Shown: positions 13,289 to 25,948, numbered from the stretch's first letter. The stretch is 64,000 nucleotides of DNA from Lepidodermella squamata (GCA_047495785.1 JBLDXI010000009.1:1240001-1304000); one strand, 5' to 3'. Numbers and translations: made by a program. Notes: a model not told the origin generated them from the letters alone.

Positions 13289-14170
13289 GGAATTGTTCCA
13301 CTATCCCCTAACTTTAATCCCCATAAAGCGCACCCCAAGGCGATAATCCCCGTGCGCACACACCCAACGCGCATTTCCCCGAAACAAATGCCATTTAATT
13401 AAATAAACTTTATTAGCGCAACAACATCAACAACAACTCGTTAAAAAAGCAGTAATATTAAATACTAAGCGTTAACAACGATTTTTTTCCGAATGAAGTG
13501 AGCATAGTGAGCAAGATTAAAGACAACAATCAAAATATTTTAAAAAATTCAAAATTTTTTCTTTCGGAGAAGTTTTGAGATATTATCGAGAAAATCAAGC
13601 AACAACTGATTTTTCTTTTTATGTTTCAAAGGGTCACGAGATAATTCAATAGAAAGCAAATTTTCTGCGAAACATTTTTCCACAATTTTAATTTCGTCAT
13701 TTTTTTGACACTGATTTTTTTTCATTTTGCCGAGTGTCTTCCCCTGCTTCTCATGTTTCGCCATTTGCACGGCCACTTCGGCTTCTTCGTTCTGGATGGA
13801 CTCAACGAAGAACCAAATAGGCGGGTGCTTGCGGTGGTTGACAACAGCGTTCATTCGATGATGCCAGCCCTCGACGCCGTTGTTGGTCCGCGTGCAGTGG
13901 CCGTGGACGTTCCACTCCTCCTTCGGGAACTTCTTGGCGAGCCAAGTGCGCCGGAAGTACCCCTCGAAATCCTTCTCGCGCATCGGAGGTGGTAAGGTGG
14001 TGAACAACAACTCAGCCGCTGCCTCGACTTCGTCGACTTTCAGCAATGCAAGCGCTTGAAAACGGCGAACCGTCGTGTAGATGATGTTGGGGACATAGCT
14101 GCCGTCCGTCCCGATGATTCACTGCCCTTGATTGTCGACCGGAGCTGGCGCTTCGTATTCACTCTGCAAA
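13289..14170 (-). mobile_element. Mutator-like (MULE) DNA transposon relic: one subrepeat-rich terminus plus C-terminal transposase fragment (13549-~14170)
   Basis: Fragment VRRFQALALL...YFRRTWL...WNVHGHCTRTNNGVEGWHHRMN...HPPIWFFVESIQ carries the MULE RTNNxxExWH motif; in-frame TGA upstream and N-terminus missing; 13289-13385 is built of repeated (a/t)tcccc units, as in MULE termini. Confidence 0.85.
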
Positions 14171-14755
14171 TTAATCTAGATTGAGACATCAATTCTCATG
14201 ATCATCCTTCGCGTAAAAGTGTTGTGCATACACATTTTTGTATGCATGATATTCTCTGCTTCCTCATTTTTTATTCGATAATTCGAAATATTTTGATAAA
14301 TTTGTCAGACAAATCTTTTGCTAAGGATTGAATGTGCGAAGTCTACTGCATAAAAAATATTTTGTGTCAAAAACTGACTCAAAGCGTTAAAATACAGCGT
14401 GTCTCTGAAATATCGTAACCGGGCAATTTCCCCGTCAATCTCCCGAGAACTCCCTTGATTCCCAATTATATTGCTTGATAAAGCCAAGTAATGTAATTGA
14501 CGATCATCTCATTGCTTCTTTCTTTGATTCTTTCTTCGATAGAGCCACGAAAGCTTCGATTAAGGTTGATTAAAAAAATATGCAAACTTATAAATGCTCA
14601 AACGCCCGCAGCTGATATCCGAGACACAATGTATACTTAGTTTATTGCTGGGCTGATGTTAGTGCAAGGGATGTCAGTCAACATTTTCTTCCTGGATGCA
14701 TCTTTCGGAATTTTTTGAAATATTCGCTGAATGAATATTATTGCATTGCATTTAG

Positions 14756-16503
14756 ATGTTAAATAACTTCAACATAAAAGACGTCCCTCTTCTTGTCCAA
14801 GTGGCGACTGGGGTAGCTGTAACGTCGCTGACTTCATTCTATTTATATAGAAAGCTGGTTTGCCATCGTTATTTCAAACGGCGAGGAATCCCTGGACCGG
14901 AGCCGCACTGGTTCTGGGGTAATCTACATCAAATTTCGTGCGATAACCGCCACGAAGTCATGGCTGAATGGGGAAAGAAATATGGCGATTTTTATGGCTT
15001 CTATGAAGGTCCAACGCCAATTCTTGTGACGACGAGCCTCGAAGGCGCTGAACAAGTTTGCGTTAAACAATTCGCTTACTTTCAAGGTCACAATGTAAGC
15101 AAAACAGGTTGAATACAATTTTTGCAAATGAGTAATTTCTAGTTGATACCAACGGCCCCGGATGCTTCGGAAACAGAATCAGCGTTAAGTCATATGTTCT
15201 GGGCAACTGGTGATTATTGGAAACGGTAGGCTCTAAATAGATAGAATTCCCTGAACCTAGGATTGATCTCGCTAGGCTGAGAAGTGCATGTAACCCTGCG
15301 TTTTCAACTGGAAAATTGAAATCCTATCAGCCTTTGATGGATCAAACCCAAGTTGATTTCATGGAACATCTCTCTGAAAAAGCGAAATCAGGCGAAAACT
15401 TCGATTGCCGAACGTCATTTCAGTATCTAACGTTGGACGTTATCGCCGAAGTTGGTTTTGGGCTCGATTTCAAAGCTATCAAAACCAAGGGAGTGGGGAA
15501 TCCCGTTCTGAAGAGCCTACAAGAGCTGTTATTTCTAAGCTTTCAACCGAATCCAGCGATCGAAATTTTCAAAGCATTGCCGGCGTTAGTTCCTCTTGGA
15601 AAGGTTCGTTACTTACAGATTAGTACCAATACGATTCCAAATGTTCTTGTTTAGATGATGTTGCATCATGATGTAGAAAACTTGACCGGAATGTTTAAAC
15701 CCATTGGCTTGCTGATAGATTTAGTTGGAAAAATCATGGAGGGTCGCTTGAAAAACCCGGCGGCGCGGCGAAACGACTTGTTACAGCTTATGATTGATAA
15801 TTCGGAACTGATGAAGCATGAATCAACCGTTGACAAGGCGTTGATGAACGCTCGTGAAATCAAGGCGCAGGCTTTTTTGTTTTTCTTCGCTGGGTACGAG
15901 ACATCGAGCTCTACGTTGGCCTTCATATCCTATTGCTTGGCGACGAATCAAGATGTGCAGGGGAAACTGGTCGCAGAAATCTACTCGAAATATCCGAAAG
16001 AGAAAAAGGATTTTAAGCCAGAATATGACGTAGTAATGAACGAAATGCCGTACTTGGATTGGGTGGTGCGGGAGACTCTTCGTTTGTATCCGATTGCGCT
16101 TCATGTGGTTCACCGGTATGTTCTCGGTGAAACCCAACTCTGTGGTATCCCCATTGATCTCGGCTGCAAATCAGTTCTGGTTGACATGTGGTCAATTCAC
16201 CAGAATCCTGAATTTTGGGGACCAGTCGATCCTAAGAAATTTTACCCAGAGCGATTCTCTGCGGAAAATTCCGCAGGTCGGCCCGACATTGCATTCATGG
16301 CGTTTGGCTACGGCCCTAGGCAATGTATCGGAATGCGTTTGGCGTTATTCGAGATGAAGACGACGTTGGTTAACCTTCTTCATCGCTTTAAAATTATGGA
16401 ACCGACGGGCGGCTATCCATCGAGCGGCTTAAAACTGTCGTCTCGCGAGATTGGCGCTCTACAACCGATTGGTGAAGTTCCAATAAGACTAGCTTACCGC
16501 TGA
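14756..16503 (+). CDS. Cytochrome P450, CYP3 clan (copy C, close paralog of A); exons 14756-15094, 15143-15225, 15276-15603, 15655-16503
   Basis: Same motifs and the same three intron positions as copy A; intact frame. Confidence 0.93.
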
Positions 16504-16752
16504 AAGAGGGGAAAGCTCTCAGACCTAAATAACAAATCACCATTTTTGCAGACTTGCCGACTTAACAAAACACTGTTAAACACTGATATATTTATACTCA
16601 TAGTGGGAGAATCTGTTACCCTCAAGCAATGACTATTCATCGTATAACTACAGAGTCACGAATAATTCTTTGATATTCATGGTTTTTCCGCTTATTTTCA
16701 TATTTTCTTCTGCTAAAATGTGTATCATGAATGTTCTTCGACTTGTTTCTAG

Positions 16753-16875
16753 ATGCTATTCACTTTCGATTTGAATAGTTTGCCTAGATTTCTGACAATA
16801 ACAGCCGGTGCTGTGTTGGGTTCTTTTGGATCCTTCTACTTACACCGGAAATTTTTATGCCATCGTTGTTATTAG
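16753..16875 (+). pseudogene. Orphaned B-type CYP N-terminal fragment (40-aa upstream ORF) directly abutting copy D
   Basis: MLFTFDLNSLPRFLTITAGAVLGSFGSFYLHRKFLCHRCY* aligns with the copy B start MLLFTIDLNSFLKYLTVAAAAVLGPLGSFYLYRKFVCHRY; its TAG (16873-16875) touches the ATG at 16876 in the same frame. Confidence 0.85.
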
Positions 16876-18584
16876 ATGTTAAATAATTTTAATATAAATG
16901 ACGTCCCACTCTTCGTCCAAGTGGCGACTGGCGTAGCCGTCACTTCGCTGACTTCATTCTACTTATATCGAAAATTGGTTTGCCATCGTTATTTCAAACG
17001 GCGCGGAATTCCCGGACCAGAGCCACACTGGCTATGGGGCAATCTTCATCAAATATCTTGCGAAAATCGGCACGAAGTTATGGCAGAATGGGCTAAGAAA
17101 TATGGCGACTTCTATGGCTACTACGAAGGTCCAACGCCGTTTCTGTTTACTACCAGCGTAGAAGCTGCTGAGCAAGTTTGTGTGAAGCAATTCTCAGACT
17201 TTCAGGGTCACTACGTAAGCAAGAGGAAACGATATAATTTTTCTCGAATTTTTGACTTTTTACTCCAGATTTTCCCTCTCGCACCTGATCCGGACGACAC
17301 AAACAGCATGGTCAACCATATGTTCTGGGCTCAGGGTGAGCAGTGGAAGCGGCTCAGAACAGCGACAAATCCAGCATTTTCTACTGGAAAATTGAAGTCT
17401 TATCAAAATTTGATTGAGGAGAGCCAACAAGATATTGTTGAGGTCCTGGGAAAGCTTGCAAAGTAAGTTACTTTCTTGATATTTTATAGCTGATTATTCG
17501 CAATATAATTGACAGAGCTGGCAAAAGTTTCAATTGCCATGAAATTTACCAATTGCTTACCTTGGATGTCATTGCCGAGGTTGGATTTGGGCTCGATTTC
17601 AAGGCTATTCGAACTAATGGCGAGGGAAACCCTGTTTTAATGGCTATTCGGAAAATGTTCGCCGAAACAATGAAACCGAACCCTGTGCTAAACAGCTTTC
17701 GCATATTCCCTATCTTGGTACCACCTGCTAAAGTTTGGATGACCCGACAGCTGAAAACTATGACTGGAATTTTCAAAGAAATGGGAAAATTACTAAGTAT
17801 TGTCGGCGATATTATGCATAAACGGCTTCGGGGCGAGTCGCCGAGGCGTAACGACCTACTTCAGCTCATGATCGATCATTCCGATCTGATTAAGCAAGAA
17901 TCTGCGACTAAAAAGGAACTGCTGAATGAGGTCGATATCAAGGCAATGTCTCTACTGTTTTTCTCCGCTGGCTACGAAACAACCAGTTCATGCCTGGCTT
18001 ACACCTCATTTTGCCTGGCGACTAACCCTGAAGTTCAAGAAAAGCTGTCAGCTGAAATCTACTCCAAGTACCCACTGGAAAACAAAAATTTCAAGCCGGA
18101 TTATGATACTGTTATGAATGAAATGCCGTATCTCGACTGTGTTATTCGCGAAAGTCTACGCGTTTTTCCTATAGCAATTCACGCCGTTAACCGGTTCGTC
18201 CTCAACGATACTCAACTCTGCGGAATTCCGATCGATCCAGGTTGCAAGGCCGTCGTTATTGATCTGTGGTCCATCCATCGAAATCCTGATTTATGGGGCC
18301 CGGTTGACACGAGCAAGTTCTACCCCGAGCGATTTTTGCCGGAGAATTCGGCTGGCAGGCCTGAGGCTGCGTTTCTCGCCTTCGGTCACGGCCCGCGTCA
18401 GTGTATCGGAATGCGATTGGCGTTGTTTGAGCTTAAACTGACGCTGGTTAACATCCTTCATCGATTCAGGATGGTTGAACCCGATGGTGGTTACCCGGCA
18501 AGTGGGCTTCGTCTGTCGTCTCGGCAAGGCTTGATCCTAACACCATTGGATGGAGTTCCTATCAAGTTGGTCGCAAAATATTAG
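16876..18584 (+). CDS. Cytochrome P450, CYP3 clan (copy D, chimera of A/C-type N-terminus and B-type body); exons 16876-17214, 17269-17462, 17516-18584
   Basis: SAGYETTSS, ESLR, PERF, FGHGPRQCIG; intact frame; intron positions match copy B. Confidence 0.92.
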
Positions 18585-19004
18585 AGCATAGGATGCAACT
18601 GACTTATTAATTTATCCGAATGCAAGAACTTATTGAGCGAGCGGAAGTTTTCGAGGCTAATTAATAGGCATTTATACTGTATTTTTTATAGAACGATCAG
18701 GTGATAATGAAGTGAGTCAACAGGGAAATAAAATAAATCTTCTATCTAACGTTTTCTATTCTTTCCATGTTAGATGAATTACTTTTATATCATGAGTTTA
18801 CTGTCTCAAACAATTTGTCTGCTTGTGGCCATTTCGTCAGCTAAACTCCAGGGTTTTCTAATTTCTAATTGAAGTTCACAATTTCCTTATTGTTTGTGTT
18901 TCTCTCGGTTGTTATCTTTTATTTTTACGATTAGCTGTTGATAACTTACAAGATATTCAAGTGTAGCAAATTACGGTTCGTCATATAGAAATTTACATTA
19001 AGAC

Positions 19005-20701
19005 ATGGTGTTACCCTGGTATGGTTACGTTGTGGCGGTGATTGGATCTTCCGGCCTGTTTTTCTATCTATACCGGAAATTCGTTTGCCACCGTTATTTC
19101 AAGAGACTTGGCATCCCTGGTCCTGAACCGCATTGGCTATACGGAAATCTGCATCAACTCTTGGTGAAAGACCGCCATCGAGTGGTGCTGGAATGGTCGC
19201 GAAAATACGGCGATTTTTACGGCTACTACGAAGGTCCGACGCCGATCCTAGTCGTTACCAATATCGAAGCCATCGAACAAGTTTGCGTGAAGCAGTTTCC
19301 TATTTTTCAGGGACATCGGGTAATTTCCGAAATTGAATTCAGTATTTTACCAAAATATAATGCAAAATTCAGGTTGTGCCAACCGATCAACCGGATGATA
19401 TCTTGCTCTTCGCCAAAGGCGAAAAATGGAAACGCCTTCGAACCACTGTGAACCCAGCTTTTTCTTCTGGAAAGCTGAAATCCTACGCCCCATCGTTAGC
19501 GAAGAGCCAGCGCGATTTGATGACTCTGTTTTCACAGAAAGCATCGGATGGCAAATCGTTTGAAATAAGAGACACATTTGGGCGACTGACACTAGGTTTG
19601 ATTCTGCTGAGCCTATCGTTTAAAATATTTAAGAGGGACATTTTTGCAAGATGTGATTGCAAGTGTTGGTCTCAATATAAATTTCAATGCGATATTGGAA
19701 CAAGCGACTCCGAATCCGATGCTTCAAAATCTTCGTGAATTTCTGGATAGCAGCACCAAACCAGCCCCGCCTATGGACCTGGCTCGATCTTTGCCGATAT
19801 TTGTTCCTGTTTTAGAGGTACCAGCAGATCTTTTGACTCGAGGAACATCACCAAGAATTTGTTTTAGGTTTTGACAAATACTTTAATATGGACCAAAGCC
19901 GGCTTATTTGGTTCGGTCGCTAAGCTCTTTGAACTTATTGGACAAATCATGGAACAGCGTCGAAGTGATGAATCATCCCAGCGGCGCGTTGACATTCTCC
20001 AGCTAATGCTTGATTCGAAAGAAAACGGGCGGACACGCTTGACTGACGATGAAATCAAGTCCATGTCGTTCATATTTTTCGTGGCTGGTTACGAAACAAC
20101 GGCTACCACCCTGTCCTAGGCGTCGTATCTACTCGCTACGAACCAGGCTGTTCAAGACAAATTGCGGGCGGAAATTTACTCGAAATATCCGAAGGATTTG
20201 CGGGGTGATTGGCAGCCCGAGTACGATGTGGTTATGCATGAGATGCCATACTTAGACTGGGTTTGTAACGAAACTATGCGCATCAATTCATTGGCATTCT
20301 CGATGTTGACTCGTTTCGTCGTTGGCGAGACGCAGCTGTGCGGAATCCCAGTCGGTCGTAACCTGGGCGGTGTTTACCTCGACATGTACAGCGTCCACCG
20401 TAACATCGATCTATGGGGCCCTGTCGACCCGGAAAAGTTCTACCCGGAGCGATTTTCGCCTGAGTATTCGGCTGGTAGACCGAATGCGGCTTTCCTGGCT
20501 TTCGGCCACGGACCGCGGCAATGCGTTGGAATGAGACTCGCCTTATTTTTGATGAAAATGACACTGACGAATTTACTACATCGATTTAGAATGTTGGAGC
20601 CTGACGAAGGTTATCCGGCGGAAGGTTTGCCCTTGAATTCGAGGGAAGGCAGCATTGGCCCTGCAAATGGAGTTCCAATTAAACTAATGTCGCTTTATTG
20701 A
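19005..20701 (+). pseudogene. Cytochrome P450 copy E with a single premature stop (TAG 20117-20119); exons 19005-19319, 19373-19595, 19651-19817, 19868-20701
   Basis: Full-length paralog of F; F has TAT (Tyr) where E has TAG, just after AGYETTATTLS; downstream frame otherwise intact, including FGHGPRQCVG. Confidence 0.85.
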
Positions 20702-20939
20702 TTTCATTAATTCCAATCATATTTTTAGTTGCTGATTACGTAAACTATGGTGATATTTTTCAAGATGAATCGTCGAAAATACAATCTAATATTTTCGAGC
20801 GTAGCTTATTTTCGATTTCTAACCAAAATGAGCCAGAAAACCTAAATAAGACATGAATTAATATGGCCCACGATAGTTATAAGCAGTGGGTCATATTTTT
20901 CCAGGGATCGAAATACGGGTGAAAAAGCGATGATTACAA

Positions 20940-21300
20940 GATGCGAAGTACTTTGGCGGGCCGACGAAACGATATATTTTACCACTTCTGCGAGCAAAGA
21001 GCTTTCCCCAGATCAGCCACGACCACAACTTAGCTCGTGGAGGGGCCATTTTTGCAGCTCCTCAAAGAACTCCTAAGCGAATTGTCAGAGGTAGTTACGA
21101 ATCATTTCCAGCCACACCCAGCCATGAAGAATAAGTTTTTCGCGTGTGACCGTTCTTGTTTCAGAATGAACCGCCGTAGTTCAACCGCCACAGGATGGTG
21201 CAATGCTTAACGCCATAGACCTGTGAAGCAACTGCACCGACATGTTCTTCGTTCTAACCTCAGCGACTGCTCGCGCAAGGCGGTCGTGGTGAGATTTTCC
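20940..21300 (-). mobile_element. Degenerate pogo/Tigger-like transposase N-terminus (pipsqueak HTH followed by CENP-B-type HTH traces)
   Basis: Manual minus-strand translation across a frameshift gives LARAVAEVRTKNMSV/VASQVYGVKHCTILWRL (psq HTH pattern), then stop-interrupted ...CGRG*...FARRSGKI/SFRRP. Confidence 0.55.
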
Positions 21301-22015
21301 AGGCCGAAAAAGGAAAAAGAAGAAATCGCATGCGTAATCTAGGTCATTGCCCTAAATTGCAAAAACGGTGCCTTGATTGTCTTTCGGGCGCGCACAGCCG
21401 GTTATAGCGAGAAACCTAGGTTATTCATCTGTTTTTGAAATTTTCAATTATCCTGCACAACTGTTGGTCGGCACTAAATCCAGCAATATAGACTATCAAT
21501 GCTGGATAGTGCAGAAGGGGACGAAATTGAGAGCAAAAAACGAAACGGCTTCACCGGCACCCATTCGGCTCAAGAGACGGCTATAAAGAACTACACCACC
21601 AGTGCAGGTGTCGAAATAGGCGGTTAAATGACTTCTGCGACCCTTCTCAAATATTTCAATTCTATTTTTGAGAACGAGCTGGACAATGACGTCACACGAC
21701 GTGGTGCTGGATAGCAAATTGCTTGCCCAAGGCAAATTTATCCAGCACTTAACCAACGAGCCAAGCTACGATTACAGAATTTTTATGTGCATCAAACTGC
21801 ATCAAACAATTTTTCTGCATGGGACTTGGGGTGATTTTCAATTGAACTAATATTGAGGCCTACATTATCCTCGTTGTAAAATTTTCTTTCTGGGGTTTTT
21901 TATATTTTTCTTGGGTTATATCTTCAATTCCAGTTCCACGACTTGCTTTGATAATCTACAAGATAATATAATCAAGCAAATTTCGTTTCATTTTTATAGA
22001 AATTAAGATAAAGCC

Positions 22016-23732
22016 ATGGTGTTACCTTGGTATGGTTACGTTGTTGCCGTGATTGGATCTTCCGGCGTGCTTTTCTATCTATACAGAAAATTCGTCTGCC
22101 ACCGATATTTCAAAAGACTTGGCATCCCTGGTCCTGAACCGCATTGGCTGTACGGAAATCTGCATCAAATGTTGGTGAAAGACCGCCATCGAGTTACGCT
22201 GGAATGGTCGCGAAAATACGGCGACTTTTACGGCTACTACGAAGGTCCGACGCCGATTCTGGTCGTTACCAACATCGAAGCCATCGAACAAGTTTGCGTG
22301 AAACAGTTTCCTATTTTTCAGGGACATCGGGTAATTTCCGAAATTGAATTCAATATTTTACCAAAATACTATAAAAATTTAGGTCGTGCCAGTTCAACCG
22401 GATGCTGAACGAGAGCCAGATCACCCTGTGAATCACTTGCTATTCGCACAGGGTGAAAAATGGAAACGCCTTCGAACCACTGTGAACCCAGCTTTTTCTT
22501 CTGGAAAGCTGAAATCCTACGCCCCATCGTTAGCGAAGAGCCAGCGCGATTTGATGACTCTGTTTTCACAAAAAGCATCTGCCGGAAAAACGTTCGACAT
22601 AAAAGACTCTTTTGCGCGACTGACGCTGGGTAAGGTTTTTCTAAAATTGTTCTACCCATTGTAAGAATGGTATTTTTGATAGATGTAATTGCGAGCGTTG
22701 GTTTCAATGTTGATTTCAACGCGATATTGGACCAAGCCACCCCAAATCCGGTGCTTGAAAATCTTCGCGAATTTTTGGATGTAAGCACCCAACCAGCCCC
22801 ACCGATCGACCTAGCCCGAGCGTTACCAATATTCGTTCCATTTTTCAAGGTAACACCAGATCATCCAACTCAATCAAAATGTTAAGGATTTATTTCAGGT
22901 TTTGACCGATTTCTTGATAAGGAACAATGCCGGGTTGTTTGGTTCGATCGGTAAGCTGTTGGAACTTGTTGGGAAAATCATGGAACAGCGTCGAAGTGAC
23001 GAATCATCGCAGCGCCGCGTTGACATTCTCCAGTTAATGCTTGATTCGAAAGAAAACGGGCGGGCACGCTTGACTGACGATGAAATCAAGTCCATGTCGT
23101 TCATATTTTTCGTGGCTGGTTACGAAACAACGGCTACCACCCTGTCCTATGCGTCATATCTTCTCGCTACGAACCAGGCTGTTCAAGACAAAGTGCGGGC
23201 GGAAATTTACTCGAAATACCCGAAAGTTTTGCGGGGTGATTGGCAGCCCGAGTACGATACGGTTATGCATGAGATGCCCTACCTAGACTGGGTCTGTAAC
23301 GAAACCATGCGAATTAATTCACTGGCTTTTGCGATTTTGACTCGTTTCGTCGTTGGCGAGACGCAACTGTGCGGAATCCCAGTCGGTCGCGACCTCGGCG
23401 GTGTTTTCCTTGATATGTACAGCGTCCACAGAAATATCGATCTGTGGGGCCCTGTCGACCCGGAAAAGTTCTATCCGGAGCGATTTTCGCCGGAATATTC
23501 CGCTGGCCGGCCGGATGCGGCTTTCCTCGCTTTCGGCCACGGACCCCGGCAATGCGTTGGAATGCGGCTCGCGCTGTTTGAAATGAAAATGACACTGACG
23601 AATTTACTGCATCGATTCAGAATGTTGGAGCCGGATGAAGGCTACCCGGCTGAAGGTTTGCCGTTGAATTCGAGGGAAGGCGGTATTGGGCCTGCGAATG
23701 GAGTTCCAATCAAACTGGCGTCTTTGTACTGA
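22016..23732 (+). CDS. Cytochrome P450, CYP3 clan (copy F); exons 22016-22330, 22383-22629, 22683-22849, 22899-23732
   Basis: AGYETTA, ETMR, PERF, FGHGPRQCVG; intact spliced frame. Confidence 0.93.
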
Positions 23733-23981
23733 TTCCCTTCTTTCCTAACTAGCTATATCAATAGTCGCTTTCGCGTAAATTATAGTTTGCTATGATAGTA
23801 TCTTTTAAGATGGATGCACGAATTACAACCAGTGAATTGCCTCAGAAAAAATGACACGAAAAACTGTGCTGTGAATGTTGTAGTGGAAGTATTTTGTTCT
23901 TTCTTCGTCACTGTGACAGAACACCTTTATTTTCTTACTATTTATTTGAAAGTTAATGTTATTTAATAAACTTGATTGTAG

Positions 23982-25948
23982 ATGATATTTTCCAAGTTTG
24001 AAATACCTTTCGACTTGAGTCGCGTGGAGTTGTCATTTCAGTTGAAGTGGTTCCATTACGTGGGTGCGGCTATTGTTGGTTCAACTTTCGCGTTCTATTT
24101 GAACCGGAAATGGCGGCAGAGATTGTTCAAGCGAATGGGCATTCCAGGCCCCGAGCCACATTGGCTGTATGGGAATATGCACCAATTGTGGCGCGAAGAT
24201 CGCCACAACGTCATGGTCGAATGGGCGAGGAAATACGGCGAGTTTTACGGTTTTTACGAAGGATCGACGCCGATTTTAGTGACAACAAGCTTGGAAGCGG
24301 CCGAACAGATCTGCGTGAAGCAGTTCTCCAGTTTTCAAGGTCACAGGGTAAGTTCTTTCGCGATAGCCTTGTTTTGTTCCTAAAGTAACATTTTCCATTT
24401 AAAAATGTGAAGCTTCTGCCGACGCAGCCTGATCCTGATGCCGATCCAGACTCTCCGGTGAGCCATTTACTGTTCGCTCAGGGCGAGCGTTGGAAACGGT
24501 TCGATTTGTTCTAAAGTTGGACTTGATTATTTCTAATTTTATTCATTTCAGACTTCGAACCACCGTGAACCCCGCTTTTTCATCTGGGAAACTGAAATCT
24601 TACGCTCAAGCGATGAATGAAATCCAAGAAGAGTTTCTGGTTCTGCTGTCGCAAGAAGCCAGGTGTGGAATAACCTGTTGAAGAGACATTACTTGATATC
24701 ATTTCATTCCAGGGCGGGAGAACCATTCAATATTCATAACTCGTTTCAATTACTGACCCTGGACGTTATCGGATCGTTGGGGCTGGGAATCGATTTTCAG
24801 GCGATTAAAACAAGAGGCGAGGGAAACCTTTTCCTTAGAAATCTTCGAAAATTCCTGGATGCAACTGTCAATCCTGCTCCGCCTCTGGATCTTGTTAGAA
24901 TTGTCCCTGAATTAACTCCAGTCATGAAGGTAAAATTAGTTATGAATTTAATGAATTTAATGAATTAGACTCTGTTTAGGCTCTTGCCAATTGGCAACTC
25001 AAAAGCATGACAGGCTTTTTCGGGGTTATCGGCGAAATGCTAGGGATGGTTGGAAAAATCATTGAAAATCGGAAATCTGACGACAAGTTCCGCCGACAAG
25101 ATCTTTTGCAATTGCTAATTGACGCTAAACAAATGAGTGACAACGAGCTAAAGGCAATGGCACTACTGTTTGTTTTCGCCGGCTATGATACAACGAGTAA
25201 TACCCTCGGCTTTATGGCCCATTGTTTAGCCGCTAATCCAAAAGTTCAAGAAAAGCTACGGGCGGAAATTTATTCGCATTACCCGGCGGGGGTAGATGCT
25301 ACGCCTGACTATGATGTCGTCATGAATCAAATGCCTTACCTCGATGCGTGCTGCCGCGAAACCATGCGCTTGTACCCGGTTGTTTACAGTTTCGTTAATC
25401 GGTTTGTCGTTGATAATACGACGCTGTGCGGAATTCCTGTTTCGCCGAAACTCGGCAGCGTTCTTGTTGACATGTGTGCCATTCATCAAAATGTCGATTT
25501 ATGGGGCCCGATTGACCCGAAAATTTTCCACCCCGAGCGATTTCTAGACGATAACGCTGCCAATCGACCAGATATCGCGTTTTTAGCCTTCGGTTACGGG
25601 CCTCGGCAATGTGTTGGTGAGTTGTGCGAAAAAATCGATCCAATTTTTTTTTAAGGAGGACGATTATGAAAATTTTCGAGATTACCAGGGTTTTTCGAAT
25701 TTGGAGTTTTCAAATTAATTTGGGCTTCAAATTAATTTATTAAAATTGAATTCGATTTCGGAATTGATTTAATCGATATAGGAATGCGGCTCGCTTTGTA
25801 TGAAATGAAGCTGACTATTACGAACTTGGTTCGGCAATATTTTATCGAGTTACCCAATGATCAATCGAACAGCTTTGTGGTGGCTTCTCGCGAAGGCGCT
25901 ATGGTTCCGAAAAACGGCGTTTTTGTCCAGTTGAAAGCCGTAGATTAA
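23982..25948 (+). CDS. Cytochrome P450, CYP3 clan (copy G); exons 23982-24347, 24413-24498, 24552-24662, 24713-24929, 24980-25616, 25782-25948
   Basis: AGYDTTS, ETMR, PERF, and FGYGPRQCV|GMRLALYEMK joined across a phase-1 intron; all phases consistent. Confidence 0.92.

Noticed and set aside
20117-20119. Programmed readthrough or recoding at the in-frame TAG of P450 copy E
   Set aside because: The paralog has Tyr one base away and there is no readthrough-favouring context; a simple nonsense mutation is more parsimonious.
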